NCBI GenBank assembly: GCA_965199495.1
Contig: CBDASK010000003.1
Coordinates: 2,976,001-3,040,000, forward strand
Direction: 5' to 3'
Source: Abditibacterium sp.
Lineage (GTDB): Bacteria > Armatimonadota > Abditibacteriia > Abditibacteriales > Abditibacteriaceae
DNA: 64,000 nucleotides
In this document: one piece after another, positions 38,711 to 46,679 of the stretch
Layout of the letters: the number at the start of each line of letters is the position of its first letter
Numbering within the stretch: position 1 is the stretch's first letter
Position numbers and translations under genes: made by a program
Notes under the pieces: generated by a model
What the model was told of the DNA's origin: nothing
Databases searched by the model: none
The model's input: the letters and a program-made list of their open reading frames with translations, nothing else

Positions 38711-40420
38711 TTAAAAATCCACGATACCAAACTCGCGCCGCACTTTGCGCGCGATAACGAGCCACATCAACGCGCCGAAAAGGAGCGCAACCCACAAAAA
38801 TGGCAAACCCAGTTGGGTGAATAAATCGAGGTTACGCCAATCGCTGGTCGCGGCCCACGCGACGAACGGGTTGAGCGCCGCCGCCCATTTCTCGGCGCTC
38901 TGGGAACCAAACGTAAACAAAACGCTCGGCACGCCAATCAGCCACGCCGTGATTGTGCCCAGTGTCGCGCCAGTCGCCGAACTGCTTTTGCGCGTGCGAA
39001 GTCCCATCCACAAACCCCACATCGTGGTCGCGATAACGCAGCCTACCCAGATGAATCCAACCGCGAAAAACTGGGTGACAGAAATCGCATCGCTGTATCC
39101 AATTCTTGTGAGGCTCCAGCCTACGCAGGGCAGCAGCAACGGCCAAACCGGCAGCGAAAATAGCGCGCACGCCAGCGCGATGCCCCAAAATTTGCCCGCT
39201 ACAATCGCACCGGGCCGCAGCAGCGAAAGTCGCACGCCTTCCCATGTCCCGCTCTCGAACTCGCGCGCAAATCCGTTGGCGCCCATCACCGCGCACGAAA
39301 TCAGCGTGACGACAAAGCCAGTTACCGTAACGCCCGCGAAAATGATCTCGCGCGAGCCGGTGTCGGTCAGCGCCGTCCAAATCGTCCAAACGTAAAAATA
39401 GGCGACGGCCAGCGCCAGCCCTATTTCGACGATAATGACGACCAACGGCGGTTGGCGCAGACGAAATTTCGAGCGCACTTCGCGCCCCAAAACCGGATTG
39501 GAAAAACGGAGGGCGCCCACTAACGGCATCTCAAAATGGCTGGAATCCACCGGCTTTTTCGCGGCCCGTTCCCCCGTTTTTGTCGCGTTCTTAGCGCCGA
39601 TAAATGGCGCCTGCGTTAGTGGTCTGCGCACACCCTGCATCGCCGCCCACAAACAAAAAATCAGGATTATCCACAGTGACAGCGCTGAGCCGAACCAGCG
39701 ATCTTCCAATCCGCCCGGCACGATCAAATCGTAGGCGCCCAGAAACGGGTTAGTGCGCCCGATGAAATCCACATAAAACGGCGGCGCGTTGCCACCGGGC
39801 CAACCGCCCAAAATGGTGCCGCCCGACAAAAACGCCGCGACGCCCGATCCCAAAATCCACAAAATGACCAAACCGTAAGCCGAGCGCAACGCCAAATGCG
39901 CGCGATGCGACCAAGCCGAACAGGCCAGCCCAATCGCCGCCCCCGTTGCCAATAATAAAACCTGAAACGCCAGCGTAACGCCCAGCGCTTGAATGCCCAA
40001 TCCGCCCAGAAAGTTGATGATGAGCAAAAACGGCAAAAGCACCAGCCAGATCAAAAGCAACGGCGCCATGCCGCCGACCCATTTTTCCAGCACGATGCGC
40101 GCGGGCGTAATCGGCGCCAGCATCAGATTTTCCAGCAATCCGCGTTCGCGTTCGCGCGCGATATTGCCCGCCGTTTGCGCGGGCGCGACCAGTAAAGCTA
40201 ACACCGTCTGCAAAAAGCCGATTTGCCACCACAACGTTTGGCCGACTTCGCGCAATCGCTCGGTCATATCGCTTGTGGGTGAGGTGGAAACCGATTCGTC
40301 GGCGTAGCGCCACAGCAGAAATAGCGCGACGGCGCCCGCCAAACCCAGCAACAGCAAAAAACTGCGCCGGTCGCGCCAATGCGTTCGCAACGCGCGCTGG
40401 AGAATCGGGAGGGAAGTCAT
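38711..40420 (-). CDS. ABC-2 type transporter permease with internal duplication
   Basis: Two IARERERG/FAREFESG...IV..K repeats, NPVLGREVR and many transmembrane helices. Confidence 0.85.
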   Translation of the reverse strand: MTSLPILQRALRTHWRDRRSFLLLLGLAGAVALFLLWRYADESVSTSPTSDMTERLREVGQTLWWQIGFLQTVLALLVAPAQTAGNIARERERGLLENLMLAPITPARIVLEKWVGGMAPLLLIWLVLLPFLLIINFLGGLGIQALGVTLAFQVLLLATGAAIGLACSAWSHRAHLALRSAYGLVILWILGSGVAAFLSGGTILGGWPGGNAPPFYVDFIGRTNPFLGAYDLIVPGGLEDRWFGSALSLWIILIFCLWAAMQGVRRPLTQAPFIGAKNATKTGERAAKKPVDSSHFEMPLVGALRFSNPVLGREVRSKFRLRQPPLVVIIVEIGLALAVAYFYVWTIWTALTDTGSREIIFAGVTVTGFVVTLISCAVMGANGFAREFESGTWEGVRLSLLRPGAIVAGKFWGIALACALFSLPVWPLLLPCVGWSLTRIGYSDAISVTQFFAVGFIWVGCVIATTMWGLWMGLRTRKSSSATGATLGTITAWLIGVPSVLFTFGSQSAEKWAAALNPFVAWAATSDWRNLDLFTQLGLPFLWVALLFGALMWLVIARKVRREFGIVDF

Positions 40421-40455
40421 GATGACGGGCGAGTAGAACGCTTAATTCGCAATTT

Positions 40456-40484
40456 GTAGAGACACGACAAGTCGGTGTCTCTAC
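40456..40484. repeat. GTAG-type REP, copy 5 (collapsed to one hairpin, variant sequence)
   Basis: GTAGAGACACGACAAGTCGGTGTCTCTAC. Confidence 0.8.
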
Positions 40485-40499
40485 GGATTCGCTGACGAA

Positions 40500-41315
40500 T
40501 TAAAGTTCGCCCGCTTCCCAACTCAAAATCGTCGCGGCGACGAGGGCCGCCGTTTCCGTTCGCAAAATTCTCGAACCCAAACTCACGCTTTGTGCGCCGT
40601 AACGCTCAGCTTCTTCTCGTTCGCGCTCCGTCCAACCGCCTTCTGGCCCAACCACGATCATTGCCCGTGGCTGCACTTCGGCGTCGTATTCAATCGGCGA
40701 TTGTTTCAACGTTTCGCGTAGTGCCAATGCGTCCTCGCTTTCGTCCAGAAAAAAACAATGGCCGTCGGATGTGCCCAGCGAAAGCACCGTCGCCAAATCG
40801 GCGATGGCGTGAACGATGGGCACGTCGGCGCGCCCGCACTGCGAAGCGGCGCCTTCGACGATGCGGCGCCAACGTTGCGCGCGCGCCGTGGCTCGCTCGG
40901 CTTCTTCGTCGGGCGATAAGCGCGAAATCGTGCGATCCGAATCGAACGGCCAGAAATCGGTCGCGCCCAATTCGGTGCCTTTTTGCAGCACGAACTCCAT
41001 TTTATCGCCCTTGGGAATGGACTGCGCGATGCTGATTTTCACGCGCCGCACGATGCGCGTGTCGAGCTTTTCTAAAATGGCCGCGCGCGCGCGCGCTTTG
41101 CCGTCGCTCGAAACTTCGGTCAACGCGCATTCCCATTCGCCGCCGCGCCCATCGAAGGCGACAAACGTTTCGCCGGGCGTCATGCGCAGAACTTTGACCA
41201 GTTTCTTGGCGTTGTCGGCGTCTAAATCGAACTCTTGTTCGTCGGTTTCCAGCGCGCCTTCCAAAAGCGAAGGCGAAAGATGAAGTCGGGGCACGCTTTG
41301 GAGTTTATAATTCAC
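40500..41315 (-). CDS. rsmE: 16S rRNA m3U1498 methyltransferase
   Basis: VKVLRM, QKGTELG, VGPEGG and LGSRILRTETA motifs. Confidence 0.95.
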   Translation of the reverse strand: MNYKLQSVPRLHLSPSLLEGALETDEQEFDLDADNAKKLVKVLRMTPGETFVAFDGRGGEWECALTEVSSDGKARARAAILEKLDTRIVRRVKISIAQSIPKGDKMEFVLQKGTELGATDFWPFDSDRTISRLSPDEEAERATARAQRWRRIVEGAASQCGRADVPIVHAIADLATVLSLGTSDGHCFFLDESEDALALRETLKQSPIEYDAEVQPRAMIVVGPEGGWTEREREEAERYGAQSVSLGSRILRTETAALVAATILSWEAGEL

Positions 41316-41322
41316 AACGCTC

Positions 41323-41613
41323 TCAATCCATATCCGTCCAGAACGCGGAGTTCATCGTATAACTTTCGCCAGAACTACTGGTAAATATTGGCGCTGTCGA
41401 AAGCGCTTCAACGGATTCGATTTCGGACTGCTCCAAACGCAACGCGAATTGAGTCAGCAGACCGTCTTCGTTTTCGATCATGCCATCCAATCGAAGTAAT
41501 TTGAAAAGTTCGAGGTCTTGAGCCGCGAAGCCGGATAATTGCGGCCCGTTTTTGAGTTGAATGGATGCGAAGCCGCCGCTTTTGAGTTGTTGAAATTGTG
41601 CCGGAGTAATCAT
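41323..41613 (-). CDS. Small hypothetical protein
   Basis: ORF between a terminator and rsmE; TACAAT lies 6 nt before the ATG. Confidence 0.55.
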   Translation of the reverse strand: MITPAQFQQLKSGGFASIQLKNGPQLSGFAAQDLELFKLLRLDGMIENEDGLLTQFALRLEQSEIESVEALSTAPIFTSSSGESYTMNSAFWTDMD

Positions 41614-41631
41614 AGCGAGATTGTAAATGAC

Positions 41632-41663
41632 AAAAAAGACGCGAACAGAGTTCGCGTCTTTTT
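41632..41663 (-). terminator. Intrinsic terminator
   Basis: AAAAAGACGCGAAC-AGA-GTTCGCGTCTTTTT. Confidence 0.8.
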
Positions 41664-41693
41664 GAATTGTCAACTGAAACTTACTTTCCAACT

Positions 41694-42014
41694 TTAGCCC
41701 ACGGGGGAGTGTTTGCGGTAGTTTTTGCCGTAACGATTGCGGTAGTATTTACGACGCTTTTTGTTGTTTTCTTTCTTTTTGTCGCTACGATACTTCAGGT
41801 AAGAACCGGCAGTGGCGATGGCGCCCAAAGTTTGCGCTTTGCCGTTATGCTTGAGCAGACCGTATCCCGTCACGGCAGCGGAGCCAATCGCGACTTTTTT
41901 CCATGTTTTGGAATCGGCGTGCGCCGCCGGAGCGGTCAGCGCGCCGCCAAAAGCGGTGGCTCCGAAAATGGTGAGCGTGGCCAGTGCGAGTGAACGTTGT
42001 TTGGTGATTTTCAT
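41694..42014 (-). CDS. Small exported basic protein
   Basis: Signal peptide ending AHA, two short hydrophobic repeats and a Lys/Arg/Tyr-rich tail; GAGG ribosome-binding site. Confidence 0.7.
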   Translation of the reverse strand: MKITKQRSLALATLTIFGATAFGGALTAPAAHADSKTWKKVAIGSAAVTGYGLLKHNGKAQTLGAIATAGSYLKYRSDKKKENNKKRRKYYRNRYGKNYRKHSPVG

Positions 42015-42107
42015 TGTGAAACCTCGTTGGGGTAAACCGCTATCATGCGAATTTACTGCCCAACAGACGGGATACAGTAAAGTTGTGTTCAAAAAAATAT
42101 TGGACAA

Positions 42108-43043
42108 TCAAAAATGAAATTTCTGCACGCGATTGTTATTTGTATCGGCGACGTAAACCGTGCCATTGGACGCAACGCTCAATCCCCACGGATTTTGCAG
42201 TTGGCCCGGCTTGCGCCCGACGCTGCCCCAAGTCGCAACCCATTTGTGTTCGGGCGTCCACTTTTGCACGCGATGATTGGAGTATTCGACGGTGTAAATA
42301 AAGCCTTGCCCATCAACAGCCACGCCGTAGGGATAGGTGAGTTCGCCATTTGCGCGTCCGCGCGGGCCGAACTGGCCTTTGTAAGCGCCGGTTTTTCGAT
42401 CCAAAATCTGAATGCGATGATTGCCGATGTCGGCAACCAATAAATCGCCATTTTTGTCAATCGCCAAACCGCACGGGCGCCGAAACTGGCGTGGCCCTTC
42501 GCCGTGTCCGCTCCAACTGGCGATCTGCTTTCCGTCGCGCGTATATTTGGAAACGCGGTCGAATTCGCCGCCGTAATCGGCCAGATAAATGTAACCATCT
42601 TTGTCGGTTGTGATGCCGGTGACGAGCAAAAATTGTCCTTTGCCGGTGCCGTAACTGCCGAACTGAGATTTGAGCTGGCCGTCGGGACTGTAAATTAAAA
42701 CGCGCGAGGCGTGCGTGTTGGTGACGGCGATGTCGCCATTCGCCAAGTCGGTGATGCCTTCCGGCCCCTCGAAACGCCCGTTGTTCGATACTGGCGATAA
42801 CCATTGCTTGACGAATTTGCCGTCTTTGCTCCACTTGGAAATATGCGAGGCGCGGTCGGCGACATAGACATAGCCGTCGCGCGCCGCGACGATGGCGCGC
42901 GGCCCACGAAATTCGCCCGCATCGGTTCCTTCGCTGCCCCAGACCTGCGCCTGCGGCACCGGCGTGGCTGCTATTTTCGGCGCGCGCGTGCATCCGGCGA
43001 GAGAGCCGAGCAGAGCGAGGGCGAAAAGCGCGCGGGGAATCAT
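42108..43043 (-). CDS. NHL-repeat beta-propeller lipoprotein
   Basis: Lipobox LAGC; repeated F..P.GIA.D..G.IYVAD..N.RVQ units. Confidence 0.9.
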   Translation of the reverse strand: MIPRALFALALLGSLAGCTRAPKIAATPVPQAQVWGSEGTDAGEFRGPRAIVAARDGYVYVADRASHISKWSKDGKFVKQWLSPVSNNGRFEGPEGITDLANGDIAVTNTHASRVLIYSPDGQLKSQFGSYGTGKGQFLLVTGITTDKDGYIYLADYGGEFDRVSKYTRDGKQIASWSGHGEGPRQFRRPCGLAIDKNGDLLVADIGNHRIQILDRKTGAYKGQFGPRGRANGELTYPYGVAVDGQGFIYTVEYSNHRVQKWTPEHKWVATWGSVGRKPGQLQNPWGLSVASNGTVYVADTNNNRVQKFHF

Positions 43044-43083
43044 TTGACGTTGTTACTACGGTGGAAGAAATCTGAGCGTTCGC

Positions 43084-43149
43084 GGGGCTAACGCCCTCTT
43101 CCAATCTTGGTGCGAAGAAAACTCCCGATTGGAAGAGGGCGTCAGCCCC
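43084..43149. repeat. Short REP-like palindromic element, 23-bp inverted repeat with one mismatch
   Basis: GGGGCTAACGCCCTCTTCCAATC...GATTGGAAGAGGGCGTCAGCCCC. Confidence 0.75.
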
Positions 43150-43159
43150 GCCAGCGACA

Positions 43160-43810
43160 TCAGTCGCTCTGCGCTACATCCGCTAATTTCCGGCTGCGCA
43201 ACACGCGATAACCTTTGTCGAGCGCGATGGTGTCGCAGTTGCCCCAGCTTTGTTCCAGACGTTTGGCCCAGCTTTTGGCGCCCTGCGCGGTGCGGATGAC
43301 GATCCACAATTCGCCGCGCAGTTTTAGGGCGCGCTGGGCGTCTTCAAATAAACGGGCGATGGCGGCGTTGCCCGCACGAATCGGCGGGTTGCACAAGATG
43401 TCATCGAAGAACTCGGCGCGCGCGGATTTGAGGCCGTTGCCGCTCCAACTGGCGGCATTGGTCAATTCGTTTCTATCAAAATTGTGGGCGCTTAATTGAG
43501 CCGCACGCGGGTTGAGGTCAACGGCCCAGACGTGGCTTTGGGGAAAGCGCGCCGCCACAAAAGCGGCGATGGCGCCCCAACCGCAACCCAAGTCGACGAC
43601 ATAGCCGTTAAACTCTGGGGGCGCTTGAAGTAGCCAATGATGCAGCAACAAACGAGAGCCTTCATCCAGACCTTCGCGCGAAAAGACGCCGCGTGAAGTC
43701 AAAAATTGTAAAGTCAAGCCGTTTACGGTTTGGGGGTGAGACTGGAAACTTTCGAGCTGTTGAACGTCCAAAAGAGTGGTTTGCGGAGAGAAGTAGTGAG
43801 AGGGCGCCAC
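43160..43810 (-). CDS. Small class I methyltransferase (RsmC/YbxB-like)
   Basis: HYFS, GVFS...DEGS.LL, DLGCGWG and NPPIRAG motifs. Confidence 0.88.
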   Translation of the reverse strand: MAPSHYFSPQTTLLDVQQLESFQSHPQTVNGLTLQFLTSRGVFSREGLDEGSRLLLHHWLLQAPPEFNGYVVDLGCGWGAIAAFVAARFPQSHVWAVDLNPRAAQLSAHNFDRNELTNAASWSGNGLKSARAEFFDDILCNPPIRAGNAAIARLFEDAQRALKLRGELWIVIRTAQGAKSWAKRLEQSWGNCDTIALDKGYRVLRSRKLADVAQSD

Positions 43811-43890
43811 GAGAAAATTCAGTGTAGGTCGCTGACACCGAGTTTTGGCAAGGTCGCTCGATTATTCTTCGCATTATAGTGAGCATAAAG

Positions 43891-43906
43891 AGGCACCACC
43901 CTTGCA
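43891..43906 (+). promoter_or_regulatory. Candidate sigma-54 (-24/-12) promoter
   Basis: AGGCACCACCCTTGCA, with exact GG-N10-GC spacing, about 50 nt before the next gene. Confidence 0.55.
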
Positions 43907-43957
43907 CAGGGCGCGTCTCGAAAAGCGGAAAGAAAATTACACGAATTCTTAAAAAGG

Positions 43958-44725
43958 ATGGCAATGAGCAAAGATTTAACTGTTTTGCTGCAAGATTGGG
44001 ATTATAATCCCAATGAAGTCACGGCCCGCAGAATACAGGGCATAGATGGGCGCGAAAAAATTCAGATGCGTCTCGATCTGGGCGTATTGCAGATGGAAAT
44101 CACTGGTCGTCCCGATGGAAAAAGACCTTTTGGTTACGAATCTCTGTTGGAATTTCATCAGGAACGCCTCGAAGAAGCGCAAATTGAAGCCGACGATAGC
44201 GGTCGCTGGCTCGAATGGAGCCTCGACTCCGATGCTTGCACCCATCTGAAACAGGAGGCGATGCAATATTATTATCGTTACCTCTCGATGTTTCACCTGA
44301 GCGATTACGAGGGCGTTATCCGCGATACCAACCGCAATATCCGCGTTTTCGACTTGATTCACGAATACGCCGAAGACGAAAACGACCGTATGTCGTTGGA
44401 ACAGTTTCGCCCCTACGTCTTGATGATGCGCGCGCGCGCTTTGGCTTGTATCGCGCTCGAAGAGAAACAATATAATCAGGCGATGGAACTCATCGAAATT
44501 GGCGTCGAAGAAATTAAAGATTTCTTTTACCAAATCGGGCGCGAAGATTTGATGGGCGAATGTCGCGAGCTGCAATTTCTCGAAGAGTGGGCCGAGCGCA
44601 TCGAAACCAACAAACCGCTTTCGACCGCCGACAAACTGCGCCGCGAACTCAGCCACGCCGTCGAGCAGGAAGATTATGAGCGCGCGGCGAAACTGCGCGA
44701 TCAGTTGCGCGGAATCGCGATTTAG
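43958..44725 (+). CDS. UvrB/UvrC (UVR) motif-containing protein
   Basis: QMRLDLGVLQMEITGRPDG conserved block; C-terminal AVEQEDYERAAKLRDQL; AAGGA ribosome-binding site. Confidence 0.88.
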   Translation: MAMSKDLTVLLQDWDYNPNEVTARRIQGIDGREKIQMRLDLGVLQMEITGRPDGKRPFGYESLLEFHQERLEEAQIEADDSGRWLEWSLDSDACTHLKQEAMQYYYRYLSMFHLSDYEGVIRDTNRNIRVFDLIHEYAEDENDRMSLEQFRPYVLMMRARALACIALEEKQYNQAMELIEIGVEEIKDFFYQIGREDLMGECRELQFLEEWAERIETNKPLSTADKLRRELSHAVEQEDYERAAKLRDQLRGIAI

Positions 44726-44740
44726 AATTGGAGATTATAG

Positions 44741-44772
44741 AAAAAGCCCGTCGCGAAAGCGGCGGGCTTTTT
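44741..44772. terminator. Bidirectional intrinsic terminator
   Basis: AAAAAGCCCGTCGC-GAAA-GCGGCGGGCTTTTT between convergent genes. Confidence 0.85.
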
Positions 44773-44800
44773 TGTGTTTTGGATTGAGGTAACAATTACC

Positions 44801-45775
44801 TCAATCCAAAACACCGCGATACCATTCCACCGTCTCATTCAACCCGCGCTCCAACTCGAACTCGGCGCGCCAGCCCAATTCTTCGCGCGCTTTGGTCGCG
44901 TCCAAACTTTGATTGACAATTTCGTCCTGCGCCTGATTTAACACAACCGGCGCTAAATCGGCCCGACCGCACGCGGCCAAGATTTGTTCGACCAAAGTCA
45001 ACACCGAGACTGGCGCATTCGAGCCGAAATTGAACGCCGCGCCACGCAGTTCGTGCCGGTGGCTCAATGACTGCGCCAGAGTCAAATAGGCGCTCACGCC
45101 ATCGGCGGCATAAATATAATCGCGTTGATGTTTTCCATCGCTACGAATAATTGGCGCCTCGCCCTGCAACGCCGAGCGAATGGTGCCGGGCACGATGCGA
45201 TTCCAGTTCAAATCGCCCGGCCCGTAAAAGTTGCCACAACGCGTGATGGCGACCGGTAAATCGTAGGTTTGCGCGTAAGTCTGCGCGATCAAATCGGCGC
45301 AACTTTTCGAGACCGCATACGGCTGACGACCTTCGAGGCGCGTGCTTTCGGTGTAAGGCAAAACCTCGCTTTCGCCATAGGCCTTATCGGACGAAGCCAA
45401 AATGATGTCGGGCGATTTAGACAATTGGCGCGCGGCTTCCAATAATCGGTAAGTTCCAGCGATATTGACTTCTAATGTTGTCAGTGGGTCGGCATGAGCC
45501 ACGCCGACCAGAGTCTGCGCGGCCAGATGAAAAACCGTCTGGATTTCATATTCGGCGAGCGTGCGCTTGAGCAAATCGAAATTGGTGCAATCGCCATGAA
45601 CAACGCTCACGCGCTCGGACAAACCCTCGCGTGCGAACAGCGAATGCGGCACCCAATCGCGCGTCAAAGCCACGACATCGGCGCCCAGATCGAGCAATTT
45701 TGCGGTCAAATGCCCGCCGATTAAGCCGGTCGCGCCGGTGATAAATACGCGCCTATCGCGCCAGAAATTTGACAT
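44801..45775 (-). CDS. NDP-sugar 4,6-dehydratase/epimerase (CDP-glucose 4,6-dehydratase-like)
   Basis: FWRDRRVFITGATG, SSDKAYG and YAVSK motifs. Confidence 0.9.
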   Translation of the reverse strand: MSNFWRDRRVFITGATGLIGGHLTAKLLDLGADVVALTRDWVPHSLFAREGLSERVSVVHGDCTNFDLLKRTLAEYEIQTVFHLAAQTLVGVAHADPLTTLEVNIAGTYRLLEAARQLSKSPDIILASSDKAYGESEVLPYTESTRLEGRQPYAVSKSCADLIAQTYAQTYDLPVAITRCGNFYGPGDLNWNRIVPGTIRSALQGEAPIIRSDGKHQRDYIYAADGVSAYLTLAQSLSHRHELRGAAFNFGSNAPVSVLTLVEQILAACGRADLAPVVLNQAQDEIVNQSLDATKAREELGWRAEFELERGLNETVEWYRGVLD

Positions 45776-45809
45776 AGATTGATTTTACCGTAAGCGATTT
45801 TTGAAAAAT

Positions 45810-46514
45810 TTAAGGCATCCGAAAACGCAGCGTTTGGCTTAATGCCAGCGCAGCGATTTTCCAGATTTTACTGCTCGCCAGTGAACCGGTGCCGGTTTTG
45901 CGGTTTTCGTGGATAACAGGCAAGTTCAACACGCGGCGACGACGTTTGCCTAAAACGCCCGAAATTAGAATGTTGGGCGCGAAGGTATCATCGGGAATCG
46001 CGGCGACAATTGGTTTGAGCGTGCGGGCGCGTAGCAAACGATAGGGCACATTGACATCGCGCACGCCGCGACTATACAAAAATTTGATCGTCGCGCGCGA
46101 ACCGGCGCTGAGAAATTTGCGGGCGCTGTCCTGTTCGCGCGCCACGCGCACGCCGAAAATCGCGTCGTATTTTTCGCGTCGCTTCCAGAAATTGGGAAAA
46201 GCGTCCGGCTTCATTTCGTCGTCGGAATCAATTTGAAACACCCACTGGGCGCGCGTGGCTGCATCGCGGTAGCCCTGCAAAATGGTGGGACCGTGACCGG
46301 AATTGGCTTTGTTGACGACGGTCACGCGCGGATCGTTTTCGTAGGCCGACAGAACTTGCGCGGTGTCGTCCTTCGAGCCGTCGTTGAGCGCCAAAATCTC
46401 GAAATCAATGTCCAACGCGGATAACGCCACGCTCCAATCGTTGATGACGGCGCCGATACATTCGGCTTCGTTGTAGACCGGCATGACGACGATCAGTTCG
46501 CGGGGATTATTCAT
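45810..46514 (-). CDS. Glycosyltransferase family 2
   Basis: MPVYNE, NDGSKD and DSD motifs. Confidence 0.92.
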   Translation of the reverse strand: MNNPRELIVVMPVYNEAECIGAVINDWSVALSALDIDFEILALNDGSKDDTAQVLSAYENDPRVTVVNKANSGHGPTILQGYRDAATRAQWVFQIDSDDEMKPDAFPNFWKRREKYDAIFGVRVAREQDSARKFLSAGSRATIKFLYSRGVRDVNVPYRLLRARTLKPIVAAIPDDTFAPNILISGVLGKRRRRVLNLPVIHENRKTGTGSLASSKIWKIAALALSQTLRFRMP

Positions 46515-46679
46515 AGGCAGAGACGTTGGAGATGCAACCAATTGGCGAAATATCGGACGTGGGCGCGCTAAATTGATAAAATTTCAACGGGAATCCTAAA
46601 TTATAAACCGTTTCTCAATTAACAGCGAATTTATTTGCTGAACATTCCCCATTCGCCGTTTTCATCGCAGAATTCATCC

